Assembly: GCA_020353515.1 (NCBI GenBank)
Contig: CP070695.1
Location: 3,646,277 to 3,710,276 of the forward strand
Direction: 5' to 3'
DNA: 64,000 nucleotides
Source of the DNA: Candidatus Heimdallarchaeota archaeon
GTDB lineage: Archaea > Asgardarchaeota > Heimdallarchaeia > Hodarchaeales > Hodarchaeaceae
Shown here one piece after another: positions 1 to 10,693 of this stretch. The notes below the pieces were generated by a model. The model was not told the DNA's origin. It was given only the letters and a program-made list of their open reading frames with translations, and did no database searches. The first letter of the stretch is position 1, and every line of letters begins with the position of its first letter. A program made the translations under genes and the position numbers.

Positions 1-596
1 CCATATCCTTTGAGAACATATATGTCTGGATCATTAAACAAAGTATTTGCCACATCAAAACAATCTTGAAGATATTTTTCTCTCCTTAAAGCATAAATAA
101 ATGATACTGCAGCCGCACGTCGAACCCATGGATTTGATGATCCAGTCCATTTTTTTACTTGAGGAATAAAATCTGGATAATGAAGGAGAAAATATCCCAT
201 GGTTCTTGTGCAGAAAGAATCACAGCTTCCCCAACTAGTGACATACGTCTTAATCCAAGATTCTAAAATTCCAAAATGACGGGGTTTTAACTGTCTTTTA
301 ACCTTAAAGCTCCAATCATTTGCAATAAGCCTTAATTCAGTAATCTTTTTTGAATAAAAGAACTCACAGACTTTAAACACTGTATCTACGTCTTTTATTC
401 CTTTTCCTCGCAACTCTTTCCAATATGGAGATGCAACCTTGCGGACAGCAGGAACACGGATTCCTAATCGTTTGTATCCATATTTATCTATTGTATTATG
501 AATAGACTCGTAAATGAATTCTTTATTGACGTTTTCTAAGTCTTTTAGAATTCTTTTTACTAAATTAGTAAGATAAGATGTGTCCAATTCAACCAA
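1..596 (-). CDS. DNA alkylation repair protein (AlkD-like HEAT-repeat glycosylase family), truncated at the window edge
   Basis: Not in the ORF track. Manual translation of the minus strand from TTG at 596 gives ..GIRVPAVRKVA..SWGSCDSFC..WTGSSNPWVRRAAAVSFI..DPDIYVLKGYG, the typical AlkD-family motifs. The frame is open to position 1. Confidence 0.85.
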   Translation of the reverse strand, partial: MVELDTSYLTNLVKRILKDLENVNKEFIYESIHNTIDKYGYKRLGIRVPAVRKVASPYWKELRGKGIKDVDTVFKVCEFFYSKKITELRLIANDWSFKVKRQLKPRHFGILESWIKTYVTSWGSCDSFCTRTMGYFLLHYPDFIPQVKKWTGSSNPWVRRAAAVSFIYALRREKYLQDCFDVANTLFNDPDIYVLKGY

Positions 597-733
597 GAAA
601 TATTCCCTTCATTGATTCTCTGGATGTATTTTCATGTATAAATATAAGTGCTGAGAAACACTGTTCTACTTCTAAAATAGCAAACTTATTAATGACCTAA
701 ATTTCTTTTACAACTTATAGAGAGGCAAATAAC

Positions 734-1318
734 TTGGGGAATCCAGAAAAAAAAGAAAAACAAAAAATGCTTGATGGGGAATTATACAATGCTGGAGAAA
801 AATCCTTAATGAGAGATAGGTATAAAGCACGGCAAGCATTGAGAAAATTTAATGGAACATCAGAAGAAGATTATTCCATAGCTGAACTGTATGAAGTACG
901 CACAAAAATCCTAAAGAAATTTCTAGGTAAATTGGGAAATAATTGTTGGATTGAGCCACCATTCTATTGTGATTATGGATATAACATATTCTTAGATGAG
1001 GGGGTTTATATGAACTTTAATTGCACTATATTAGATCCGAATCAAGTACGTATTGGGAAAAGAGTCCAAATAGGATCGAATGTTCAAATAATTACAGCTA
1101 CTCATCCACTCGATGCTGAATTAAGAATGTCAGGTCCCGAATTAGCTTATGAGATATCAATAGGGAATCAGGTTTGGATTGGTTCGGGTGTTATAATCCT
1201 ACCTGGAGTAACAATTGGTTCAGATAGTACAATTGGTGCAGGGTCTGTGGTCACGAAAGATATTCCACCTAAAGTAGTGGCAGTAGGTAACCCTTGTCGA
1301 ATTGTAAAAAAACTCTAA
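734..1318 (+). CDS. maa: Maltose/galactoside O-acetyltransferase
   Basis: KMLDGELY N-terminus, IEPPFYCDYGYNI, hexapeptide repeats and C-terminal VAVGNPCR. Confidence 0.9.
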   Translation: MGNPEKKEKQKMLDGELYNAGEKSLMRDRYKARQALRKFNGTSEEDYSIAELYEVRTKILKKFLGKLGNNCWIEPPFYCDYGYNIFLDEGVYMNFNCTILDPNQVRIGKRVQIGSNVQIITATHPLDAELRMSGPELAYEISIGNQVWIGSGVIILPGVTIGSDSTIGAGSVVTKDIPPKVVAVGNPCRIVKKL

Positions 1319-1356
1319 TTATTATGGTATTAGCATAACTAAACTAGTGACTTTGG

Positions 1357-2340
1357 ATGATCCTTAGTGAAAGAAAAATCAAGAGTATTGTGGAATACTT
1401 TGATGTTGGAGAACTTGAAAAGGTGTTCACAACAGTCAAAAGTGGATTTCAAAGTGATAATTACCATATCAGAACAAATAAAGGAGATTATATCCTTCGG
1501 CAAATCTATGATACAGTAGAAGATGTAGAATACATAATGGAAGTCTATGATTATCTTTCTACTCATGGGATCAAGACTTCGAAACCAATAACAACTAAAG
1601 AAGGTACATTCAGTCTCTTATACGAATCTAACGTAATAGCTGTTCAAACCTTCATACCTGGTACTTATTATGAGTCGTTAGATAAAATAGAGTCGGCCCT
1701 TTCATTTTATGGAAATGAATTAGGTAGGATTCATCAAGTATTTCTAAATATGGTTGAAGAAAAAGGTAAAGAAAGGCTTTCAAGAAAACGATGGGACTCT
1801 ATTTCATATGTTAAAGAAGCTAGTGAAGAATACATGCCAAACAATGAGTATATAAAACAGCAGTATGAAGTATGGGAACAGGAAATAAATTATTTCACGA
1901 AGGATCGGTTAACCAAAGCGGTCATCCATGGTGATGTAGGGCCTAAAGATTTCTTCTTTGAAGATGGGAACTACATGGGAATTATAGACTTTAATGCTGC
2001 TCACTTAGATTTCCTTTTGTTTGATATCGCTCCTATGATGATGTATTGTGATTTATACAGACCTGAACGAAAAGAACTCTATAATACTTTTATTACAGCC
2101 TACCTAGCGGAAGCACCCATAACAAAAGAGGAATTAAAATGGTTACACCTTGTACTCAGAACTAGATGGTTATTACAAATACTATTACATCAATCTAGAT
2201 ACGTGGAGGGAATAACTCAAGGATTGGAATCTGAAAAGGTAGAAGAGAATTTAGATGGGGTACGCGATGGGGAAAACTTCCTAAAAACAACAAATAGGGT
2301 TTCTATAGATTTTTACTACCAATCAATTATCTCTACCTAA
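1357..2340 (+). CDS. APH/homoserine kinase type II-like phosphotransferase
   Basis: IHGD..N-type catalytic loop (VIHGDVGPKD), GIIDF metal-binding motif and LGRIH helix. Confidence 0.8.
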   Translation: MILSERKIKSIVEYFDVGELEKVFTTVKSGFQSDNYHIRTNKGDYILRQIYDTVEDVEYIMEVYDYLSTHGIKTSKPITTKEGTFSLLYESNVIAVQTFIPGTYYESLDKIESALSFYGNELGRIHQVFLNMVEEKGKERLSRKRWDSISYVKEASEEYMPNNEYIKQQYEVWEQEINYFTKDRLTKAVIHGDVGPKDFFFEDGNYMGIIDFNAAHLDFLLFDIAPMMMYCDLYRPERKELYNTFITAYLAEAPITKEELKWLHLVLRTRWLLQILLHQSRYVEGITQGLESEKVEENLDGVRDGENFLKTTNRVSIDFYYQSIIST

Positions 2341-2348
2341 TTTTTAGT

Positions 2349-3665
2349 TCAAAGTTGATTCATGTCCTCAGCATGAGCTAAGATAATGTCTAAGGTTGAA
2401 GTATCCTTGTCATAAACGGAATACCACCCAGGGGTTTCATGAGGTGGATCGCCAATCCATTTATCGCCTGGTCGGGCTTGTCCCGCCCAGGCCCAAAAAT
2501 TATCACCAGCAAGAACACCACCAGAGACCGCAGAATTGTACACTTCATTATATATAGCTGAGTAAAACGTATCACGATAGTATGTACTTGAATCTGGATT
2601 AAAAATATCCTGATAAGATCTCCAATCTCGAGCAAGTCCAAATTCCTCGACTACGAGAGGTTTGTTCAATGATTTGGCAATTGCCATATTTTCATGTAAA
2701 TAACTCAGAGCATTAGATTCAGCACTTTCATAGGTAGATGGAGAATCTGGAATATACCACCCCCAGTTCTGCGGCCAAATATGGACCGTTAAATAATCAA
2801 TAAATGAATTATCGTGGACTCCACTATAATCTAGACCATCCCAATCATAGTCCCCTTCACAGCCAATAGTAACCATGTGATTTGGATCTAGTGATTTTAT
2901 ATATTCTGCAGTGTGAGAACTCCATGTCGTTGGAAAATTTCGGGGTTCATTGGCAAGTTCCCAAGAGAATATTGTAGGATCTTCAGAGTACTTCAATCCT
3001 GTATAGGGATTTGAATGGTTAACAATTGATTGAATATGATTCCTATACCACGTTTGACATTCCTCATATTGGTAAAATCGCGATGTATAAGTAATGAACT
3101 CATTCCAATCATTTTCAGGTGGGTAAGGAATGGAAGAATTTTCATACCAAGAAACATATTGAGCCATTCCCCCCGACCATTGCCAATAATTATTAAGAAC
3201 CATAACAACTAGCATTCCCCTTAATTTGACCTGTTTCACAAGGTAATCTAAACCATCAAAAACCATGGCATCATATTCACCTGGAGAGGTAAGTAATGCT
3301 GGAGTCATGCGATATGGTTCTGAATTTGGCCCTTCTGAAGCAGACATAATACGCAAATTTGTCACTCCCAGCTGTTTTAGGGAATCTAGCTCAAGATTAA
3401 GACGAGTTCGGTTTCCACTAGACCCATTTATCGCTAAATTCATTCCTTGCCAAAAATTGGCGCCAACAAAATAGTATTTACTCCCATTGACTGTAAATTT
3501 ATTATTATAGACTGATACAAAAGGAGAGTCTGGGAAATCATCCTCATCAGTATCTTGATTAGGATTCAACAATTCAGAAAGGATATCAAACCTTATCAAC
3601 GCAATACAAATAGATACAATAATAATAAACGATATAAAGTAGATAGCATAACGATTTCTTTTCAA
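2349..3665 (-). CDS. Membrane-anchored/secreted GH5 beta-mannanase or beta-mannosidase (GH5_7-like)
   Basis: N-terminal hydrophobic helix, acidic linker, FVGANFW, NYWQWSGGMAQY, WELANEPR (acid/base), VEEFG (nucleophile) and GDPPHETPGWYSVYD. Confidence 0.88.
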   Translation of the reverse strand: MKRNRYAIYFISFIIIVSICIALIRFDILSELLNPNQDTDEDDFPDSPFVSVYNNKFTVNGSKYYFVGANFWQGMNLAINGSSGNRTRLNLELDSLKQLGVTNLRIMSASEGPNSEPYRMTPALLTSPGEYDAMVFDGLDYLVKQVKLRGMLVVMVLNNYWQWSGGMAQYVSWYENSSIPYPPENDWNEFITYTSRFYQYEECQTWYRNHIQSIVNHSNPYTGLKYSEDPTIFSWELANEPRNFPTTWSSHTAEYIKSLDPNHMVTIGCEGDYDWDGLDYSGVHDNSFIDYLTVHIWPQNWGWYIPDSPSTYESAESNALSYLHENMAIAKSLNKPLVVEEFGLARDWRSYQDIFNPDSSTYYRDTFYSAIYNEVYNSAVSGGVLAGDNFWAWAGQARPGDKWIGDPPHETPGWYSVYDKDTSTLDIILAHAEDMNQL

Positions 3666-3788
3666 AATTCTTCAATAATGTCAAAACAATGAATGTCTTA
3701 AACTAGTCATGTGCTAAAAAAACTAACACTTTTACCCTCATTAATTCAAATTATATAGTCACCTGATTAAGATACTTACCAAAAAAGG

Positions 3789-4346
3789 TTGGAGATACCG
3801 CTGATAACTGATAATTCTAATTTTATTAAACAGATTGCTGAATACTCTGAATGGATAAGTAAAAAGCTTAGCCAAAATTTCGTAGAACTTACTAACGAAA
3901 AATTTAATCAGAATATTGGGTCAAAATTTGTAAACGATACTGAGTGCTCATCACCATCGCTAAGATCCATAGTAGAACACTGTATGATTGGATTAGAGTT
4001 TGCAAGTCATGTAATCAAGTGTTTAACTTGGGATGAAAAGGCTACTATCCAGAATTATCGTCTTCTTACAAAGGATCAGCTACTGAGGCGATGGGTAACG
4101 CTATATTTCGATTTCAAGCAATTAATATCTGACAATATCAGAAAAAAAGTAATCTTTCAAGATGAAGAAATATATCTAAGTAATGATTTCTTTTTTACTT
4201 TTCTCAATCACTTAATATACCATTCTGGCCAGTTTATGATCGCTCTGAAGACCGTTGGAGAAGAAACCATTGACCTTGATTATATGACTTTTTTAAAGGA
4301 AAGCAGTAGTGAGAATTATATTAGATATCTTTCTGCAGAATCCTAA
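3789..4346 (+). CDS. DinB/YfiT family protein
   Basis: SLRSIVEH and HLIYHSGQ motifs. Confidence 0.75.
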   Translation: MEIPLITDNSNFIKQIAEYSEWISKKLSQNFVELTNEKFNQNIGSKFVNDTECSSPSLRSIVEHCMIGLEFASHVIKCLTWDEKATIQNYRLLTKDQLLRRWVTLYFDFKQLISDNIRKKVIFQDEEIYLSNDFFFTFLNHLIYHSGQFMIALKTVGEETIDLDYMTFLKESSSENYIRYLSAES

Positions 4347-4384
4347 GTGTTTACATATTGTTTCGAAAAATAAAGGTTGAAGCT

Positions 4385-5236
4385 ATGAAGTATGGAATCA
4401 ACATAATCTGTTTTATTGGTCGAAACCAAAAGAAGGGGATTGATTTTCATATTGAATGTGCAGAAGCAGCAGAGAATGCAGGATGGGATGGGTTTTTCAT
4501 CTGGGACCATATTTGGGGTTTTTGGGATGACCACACACTAAAAGTTCTAGATCCTTGGATAGTTTTAGCTGCTGTTGCAGCAAAAACTGAGAGATTAAAA
4601 CTCGGACCGATGGTAACACCATTGGCACGTAGGAGACCATGGAAAGTGGCACGCGAAGCTGTAACTTTGGATCACTTATCAGGAGGTCGAATGATACTCG
4701 GAGTTGGATTAGGGGGCACCTCAGAGGAGTTTGAACTTTTTAATGAACCAGTTGAGACAAGAATAAGAGCTGAGAAACTTGACGAGGGTTTAGAGATTAT
4801 TTCAGGATTATGGGGAGGAGAAGCCTTCTCATATAGTGGTAAGCACTATAATATCAAGGAAGTCACATTCCTTCCTAAACCAATCCAGAAACCTAGAATC
4901 CCAATCTGGGTTGCTGGATACTGGCCGAATAAACTACCATTTTATCGGGCAGCAAAATATGATGGGGTCGTCCCTGCAGCAGAATTTGGTGTTGATTTCG
5001 GTCCAGACAAGCTAAAAGATATATTGAAGATTATAAAGAAAAAGAGAGGTAATCTTGCTGGATTTGCTGTTGTGGGTGGCGGTACAACGACAGGTATTGA
5101 TACATCAAAAGATTCCGAGATCGTACAACCATGGATTGAAGCTGGGGCAACTTGGTTTATGGAACACATCAATGATTGGGTTGGTACTGAAGAAGAACTC
5201 CTAACACGTATTCGAAGGGGCCCTCCCAAACAATAG
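4385..5236 (+). CDS. LLM-class flavin/F420-dependent oxidoreductase
   Basis: AENAGWDGFFIWDH, DPWIVLAAVA, LDHLSGGRMILGVGLG and PKPIQKPRIPIWVAG. ATG at 4385 preferred over the TTG at 4358. Confidence 0.88.
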   Translation: MKYGINIICFIGRNQKKGIDFHIECAEAAENAGWDGFFIWDHIWGFWDDHTLKVLDPWIVLAAVAAKTERLKLGPMVTPLARRRPWKVAREAVTLDHLSGGRMILGVGLGGTSEEFELFNEPVETRIRAEKLDEGLEIISGLWGGEAFSYSGKHYNIKEVTFLPKPIQKPRIPIWVAGYWPNKLPFYRAAKYDGVVPAAEFGVDFGPDKLKDILKIIKKKRGNLAGFAVVGGGTTTGIDTSKDSEIVQPWIEAGATWFMEHINDWVGTEEELLTRIRRGPPKQ

Positions 5237-5253
5237 TTTAATGGAAGCTGATT

Positions 5254-6087
5254 TTGGTGTTGGATTCTTTAGCTTTAGTAAAATTTGAAAAGAATATCAA
5301 AAAGACTCTAGAGACTGGTATTGGGCTTATAAATGGTTTTAAAAACTTGAAGTCACCCGTACTAATCAAACCAAATATTTGCACACAGGTAGATAAGACT
5401 GGTTTTGCAGTAAATGATGTACGGGTAGTTGAGGCGTTAATAAAACTGATTCTTAAAGAGAACCAAGATCTATCGATTAAAATCGTGGAATCAGACAGTA
5501 TGAGTAAGTTTGCTGATGAAGCTTATATCAAATTTGGGTATAAAAACCTAGAAGAAAAAATGCAAAAATCTGGTTCTGATGTTTCATTAATTAACCTTAC
5601 CCATTCCCCAACAGTCAAAATTGATTTCAATGGAAGTTATTTCATGAATCCAGAACTCCCTGAGATACTTGTTGAATCAAAGTTTCTGATTTCTTTAGCT
5701 GTCGCAAAAACCCATTTTTTGACTTTCTTAACTGGAACCTTGAAGAATCTTTTTGGTCTACTCCCTAGGAAGGATCAATCATTCTATCATCCACAAATTA
5801 ATGATGTCATAGTTGACATAAACAGGTTATTTCCTCCTAATCTCTGTATTGTTGATGCAAGAGTAGGTCTTGAGGGTTGGGCGGGGCCTAAATCGAGACG
5901 CTTGGACAGGTTCATAATAGGACAGAATCCTGTCTCAACAGATGCCACTATGGCTAGGATTATGGGATTTGAACCTTCAGAAATACATCACTTGGTTGAA
6001 GCAGAGAAGTACGATCTGGGTTCTTTGACTCCAAATGTCATTGGGGAGAAGATTGAGACTTCAATAGTAAAATTTAATCCTCCATAA
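5254..6087 (+). CDS. DUF362 family protein (probable Fe-S binding)
   Basis: VLIKPN, AKTH, TGTLKNLFG and PVSTDA motifs. Confidence 0.82.
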   Translation: MVLDSLALVKFEKNIKKTLETGIGLINGFKNLKSPVLIKPNICTQVDKTGFAVNDVRVVEALIKLILKENQDLSIKIVESDSMSKFADEAYIKFGYKNLEEKMQKSGSDVSLINLTHSPTVKIDFNGSYFMNPELPEILVESKFLISLAVAKTHFLTFLTGTLKNLFGLLPRKDQSFYHPQINDVIVDINRLFPPNLCIVDARVGLEGWAGPKSRRLDRFIIGQNPVSTDATMARIMGFEPSEIHHLVEAEKYDLGSLTPNVIGEKIETSIVKFNPP

Positions 6088-6107
6088 GGTAGTTTTAGAA
6101 TCAGAAA

Positions 6108-8237
6108 TTATCGTACTTCAATTTTTTGAATAATAGGGGGTGAATCACCTAATTCAATGCTTCTTTTTGATGGAGACGACCCACCGATAGTAATTAGAAA
6201 TTCTCCAGGTTCTAGAATCCGTTCACCCTTTTCATTAATCAGTTTCAGCATTTCCGTATTTATATCAAATGTAATTTGTGATGATTCCCCTGCAGATAGA
6301 TTTAATCTCTTAAAATCTTTTAATGAATAAAGTGGTACTTCAACACTTGCTTCTACATCCGTCACATATAGTTGGAGTACTTCTTCAGTATTATATTTTC
6401 CGTTGTTGCTTACTTCTATAGTCAAATGAATATCCTCTCCCTCTTTCAGGACTGTTGAAGATATAGATAACAGCTTATATGTCAACTGAGAATAATGCAA
6501 ACCAAATCCAAAGGGAAAAAGAGGATCAACTTTGGAATATCGATAAGTACGGTTGATCATATTATAATCTTTGAAATCTGGTACATCATCCAAAGATTTT
6601 GGAAATGTCACGGGTAATTTTCCCGAGGGATTCTCGTATCCAAATAGAATATCTGCCACCGCACCACCTCCTTGCTCGCCTGGATACCAGACATATAATA
6701 TCGCATCTGCGATATCTTTTGGAAAGGAAACTGGACTACCCCCTGTTAAAATCAACACTACAGGTGTACCAGAATCTTTAATTTTTTGCAGAAAATTCAA
6801 TTGATTTTGCGGTAATTGAATATCAAAGCGATCACCAACTTCAGTTGAAAGTATAGCTGCTCCTTCTTCTCCCTCAAGAGTGGGTTGGAGGCCAAAAACT
6901 GCTATTATGACATCTACATTGTAGACTTCAAACAAAGCATAATTCACAGGATTTGGATACTCTTCGTTTAATAACGCGCCAGCACGATAAGAAACCTTTG
7001 CATTTTTATCTGCTTTTCCCACAACCCCTTCCAAGATGGTGATCATCTTCTCACTTACACCATGGTAATTTCCCAATAATACATCAATATTTCCAGCATT
7101 CGGCCCTACAACTAAAATATTTCTATGCTTATTTTTAGATAAGGGGAGTAAATTATTCTCATTTCTTAGTAATACGATTGATTTTACAGCAGCTTCTCGT
7201 GCTAGATTTCTATGTTCAGAAGAGCATATAATATCAGGTGAAAGCTTGGAGTAAGGAATTTGATCTTCTGGGTCAAACATTCCAAGCTTAAATCTTGTTT
7301 TGAGTAAATAGCTCAACGCCTCATCAATAGTTTTTTCATTTACGAGTCCTTCGTTGACAGCAGCTAATAAAAATGGAAAAGTACTCCCACAATTTAAATT
7401 ACACCCATTATTAACCGCCAAAGCAGCTGATTCTACCGCAGAGGAAGTGATTTTGTGATGTTCGTAGAAATCAACGATTGCCCAACAATCTGATACAATA
7501 TGTCCTTTGAATGCCCATTTATCACGTAGAATGTCCTGTAATAATGTTTTACTTCCGCAACAGGGTTCATCATTAACCCGATTATACGCTCCCATAATTG
7601 CTTCCACCCCAGCATCGACTAATGCTTTAAAAGCTGGTAAATAGGTTTCAAAAAGATCTTTTTTACTTACAATGGCATTAAATTTATGTCGTAATTTTTC
7701 TGGTCCACTATGAACAACAAAATGCTTTGCACAAGCAGCAACTTTCAGATACCTTGGATCAGATCCCTGAAGACCTTTGACGAATGCTTTTCCTAACTCC
7801 GCAGTAAGGTACGGATCTTCCCCATATGTTTCTTGACCTCGACCCCAACGGGGGTCTCTAAAAATATTGATATTTGGAGACCAAAATGTTAATCCTAAAT
7901 ATTGAGTATTTTTTAGCTGGTTATTTTTATCGTGATATCTTGCTCTTGCTTCATCTGATATCGCAGTTGCCACTTTGTAGACCAGATTTCTATCAAATGT
8001 AGCAGCTAAACCGATCGATTGGGGAAAAACAGTTGCACGCCCAGCTCGAGCCACACCATGTAAGCATTCACTCCACCAATCATAAGCAGGAATGTCTAGG
8101 CGCCCGATAGCATCGGATGTATTTGTCATCTGAGAAATCTTTTCCTCTAAGGTCATATGAGCTATTAAATCCTGGACTCTTTCCTCGGTAGAATAAGTAG
8201 TGTCTAGATAAATCGGTTTCTGCTCTGAGTTTGTCAT
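6108..8237 (-). CDS. GH3 beta-xylosidase/beta-glucosidase with Fn3-like C-terminus
   Basis: WWSECLHGVA, GLTFWSPNINIFRDPRWGRGQETYGEDP, KHF, VSDCWA nucleophile and WYPGEQGG. No signal peptide. Confidence 0.92.
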   Translation of the reverse strand: MTNSEQKPIYLDTTYSTEERVQDLIAHMTLEEKISQMTNTSDAIGRLDIPAYDWWSECLHGVARAGRATVFPQSIGLAATFDRNLVYKVATAISDEARARYHDKNNQLKNTQYLGLTFWSPNINIFRDPRWGRGQETYGEDPYLTAELGKAFVKGLQGSDPRYLKVAACAKHFVVHSGPEKLRHKFNAIVSKKDLFETYLPAFKALVDAGVEAIMGAYNRVNDEPCCGSKTLLQDILRDKWAFKGHIVSDCWAIVDFYEHHKITSSAVESAALAVNNGCNLNCGSTFPFLLAAVNEGLVNEKTIDEALSYLLKTRFKLGMFDPEDQIPYSKLSPDIICSSEHRNLAREAAVKSIVLLRNENNLLPLSKNKHRNILVVGPNAGNIDVLLGNYHGVSEKMITILEGVVGKADKNAKVSYRAGALLNEEYPNPVNYALFEVYNVDVIIAVFGLQPTLEGEEGAAILSTEVGDRFDIQLPQNQLNFLQKIKDSGTPVVLILTGGSPVSFPKDIADAILYVWYPGEQGGGAVADILFGYENPSGKLPVTFPKSLDDVPDFKDYNMINRTYRYSKVDPLFPFGFGLHYSQLTYKLLSISSTVLKEGEDIHLTIEVSNNGKYNTEEVLQLYVTDVEASVEVPLYSLKDFKRLNLSAGESSQITFDINTEMLKLINEKGERILEPGEFLITIGGSSPSKRSIELGDSPPIIQKIEVR

Positions 8238-8396
8238 GTATTACGTCTCCAGGCTTTTTTATATTCAACCTATTGCATTGAACTTAAAAATCCTCCTAAG
8301 ATTGTAAAAATAAGCTGTTTATAAGAAAGAAACTCCCTGACATTTATAATAAGTATGAGTACAAGTGATAATAATATAGTAAAATGGTGAAGTATA

Positions 8397-8891
8397 TTGC
8401 AGGAATTAGAAAGTGTGAAAGCGCAATTGGATTATGCAGTGAATATGGCAATGAAGACATTAGATAAAGCAATTTCATTAATTCCAGATGACAAACTCAA
8501 TTGGAAACCTATTGATGAAGCGATGACTTCTGCAGAACTTGGTATTCATATTTACCAATGTGCATTGATCAATACAGCTGGGACATTGAAAGGTGAGTTT
8601 AATAATGAGGATTATGATATTATTCCCTTCAACCCCAAAACTATAAATTCTTCGAAAGAAATTGTAGAGTATGGTGAGAAGGTTAAACAATTTATTCGAG
8701 AAACAGTTGAAAAATTGACGGAAGAAGACATGATTAAAGAAATTACCTACAACTGCTGGGGAGGTGTGAAAATGAGGGGATTTACGTCATTATCATCGAT
8801 TCTTGAGGAAATCATTCATCATCGAGGACAATTGTGTTTATATTTACGTATGATGGGAATTAAGCCTCCCTTCATTTATGATTTTAGTTAA
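8397..8891 (+). CDS. DinB family protein
   Basis: IPDDKLNWKP..M..AELGIH and HHRGQLCLYLRMMGIKPP. Confidence 0.85.
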   Translation: MQELESVKAQLDYAVNMAMKTLDKAISLIPDDKLNWKPIDEAMTSAELGIHIYQCALINTAGTLKGEFNNEDYDIIPFNPKTINSSKEIVEYGEKVKQFIRETVEKLTEEDMIKEITYNCWGGVKMRGFTSLSSILEEIIHHRGQLCLYLRMMGIKPPFIYDFS

Positions 8892-8938
8892 ATCAATTCA
8901 ATAAACAGATCTTATACATCTTCTGTAAGGGATTTAAA

Positions 8939-9862
8939 ATGAATTCAAAAATAATTACAGTAACAGGTGAAATCTCATCAAAGGAAATGGGAATTACCCT
9001 ACCACATGAACATATATTAGTAGATTTTATTGGTGCTGAAAAAACTGGAAAGTATCGATACAATCCTGAAGAAGTCATCAATATAATGTTTCCGTATCTA
9101 CTAGACATCCAAAAGCTCGGTGTAAAAACATTCATTGATTGTACACCAATGTATCTCGCAAGAGATGTTAAAATTCTTCAAGAATTGGTAAATAAAACCA
9201 ATCTGAATATTCTTACAAACACAGGCTTATATGGTAGAGAACCATATATACCAAAACATGCCTACACAGCTTCGATTGAAGAATTAGCAGATCATTGGAT
9301 TCGAGAAGCAAAGGAGGGAATTGAGGACACAGGAATAAAGCCAGGTTTCATAAAAACCGCTGTAAATGGGGGAGAATTCACTAAAATCGAGAAAAAACTC
9401 ATTGAAGTAGCTGCAGTAGCGTCTAATGAAACAAATCTTACTATAGCGACCCATACATGTTTTGGAGAGAAAGCTCTACAAATCCTGAAGGTCCTTAAGG
9501 ATTATAATGTTAATTCACAGGAGTGGATTTTTGTGCATGCAAACATCGAAGAGAAAGTAGACCTTATTTTACAGGTTGCTGAACAAGGAGCATGGATAGA
9601 ACTTGATGGAGTCGGACAAGAAGGTCAAGATGAAAAGATACTCAATATCATTGATATATTGATTGATCAGAACTATGAGGATCAAATCCTACTATCTCAA
9701 GACGCAGGGTGTTACTTTGTGGGAGAACCCAATGGTGGTGAAATAAGACCATTTAGTCCTTTCATAACCGAATTCATACCTGCTTTACGTGATCGGGGAA
9801 TTCAAGAAGATTTGATTCAGAAATTCACTGTTAATAATCCTGCTACCGCTTTTTCGATATGA
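8939..9862 (+). CDS. Phosphotriesterase-like lactonase (amidohydrolase superfamily)
   Basis: ITVTG..GITLPHEH, GFIK (carboxylated Lys), THT, VHA, LLSQD and NP at the C-terminus. Confidence 0.88.
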   Translation: MNSKIITVTGEISSKEMGITLPHEHILVDFIGAEKTGKYRYNPEEVINIMFPYLLDIQKLGVKTFIDCTPMYLARDVKILQELVNKTNLNILTNTGLYGREPYIPKHAYTASIEELADHWIREAKEGIEDTGIKPGFIKTAVNGGEFTKIEKKLIEVAAVASNETNLTIATHTCFGEKALQILKVLKDYNVNSQEWIFVHANIEEKVDLILQVAEQGAWIELDGVGQEGQDEKILNIIDILIDQNYEDQILLSQDAGCYFVGEPNGGEIRPFSPFITEFIPALRDRGIQEDLIQKFTVNNPATAFSI

Positions 9863-9915
9863 TAACTAATTTTGTTTACTTAAAAGCATAAAAATAGACA
9901 ATTTTCTGTTATCCT

Positions 9916-10689
9916 ATGAATCATGAACATCATATACAGATTATAAACAACCTTAAACAACATTTTATGAACGATCCAAATGTTTTAGCACTTATCATCA
10001 ATGGTTCTGTAGCTCGAGGGTCAGCTGGCCCTGAATCAGATGTTGATTTCGTCCTAGTGGTAACAGACCAAGAATATGAACATAGAGAAAGTAATAACAA
10101 AATCCATTTCAGTTGTAATGATTTTTGCATTACCCCTTGCACTGAAGTAAATGGATCTGCTAAAACCGAGAGAATGCTGAAATGGCTCGCTAAAAACGGC
10201 AGTGATGTTGCTAGATATGCTTTTATTGGAGCAAATATTATTTTCTCGAAATTACCAGATCTAGATAAATTACTAGAACAAATTACTACATTCTCTACTT
10301 ATGATAGAAAGGACAAATTAGAAAGCTTTTACAGTCAAGTCAAAGTGCATTATTCGTATCTTGAGTATGGGCACTATAGTCAAAATCCTTATGTTTTAGC
10401 GCAAACAGCGGCACTTCTTACATTATTTGGAGGAAGAATGATTTTAACTTATAATAATATGTTTTATCCTGGTCGAAAGTGGTTTATGACCCAATTAGAG
10501 GAAGCAGAACAGAAACCCAAAGATTTTATTTATTCTATGAAAAAATTATTGGAGTCTCCTAATTTAGTAAATGCAAACGAGTTTTGTGATATTTTACTTA
10601 ATTTCAAGGACTGGCCAAAGCCACACGAAGGATGGTTTAATCGTTTTGAAAAGGATATGAAAGACCGTCGTTGGAATGCAATCGATTAA
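9916..10689 (+). CDS. Nucleotidyltransferase-domain protein (Pol-beta fold with helical C-terminus)
   Basis: GSVARG...SDVD motif; C-terminal helical domain with YPGRKW. Confidence 0.8.
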   Translation: MNHEHHIQIINNLKQHFMNDPNVLALIINGSVARGSAGPESDVDFVLVVTDQEYEHRESNNKIHFSCNDFCITPCTEVNGSAKTERMLKWLAKNGSDVARYAFIGANIIFSKLPDLDKLLEQITTFSTYDRKDKLESFYSQVKVHYSYLEYGHYSQNPYVLAQTAALLTLFGGRMILTYNNMFYPGRKWFMTQLEEAEQKPKDFIYSMKKLLESPNLVNANEFCDILLNFKDWPKPHEGWFNRFEKDMKDRRWNAID

Positions 10690-10693
10690 AATC

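Noticed and set aside
597-635. In-frame ATG...TGA upstream of the AlkD-like gene, suggesting selenocysteine or readthrough
   Set aside because: The 8-codon extension has no family resemblance, and a TTG start at 596 gives a normal-length N-terminus.
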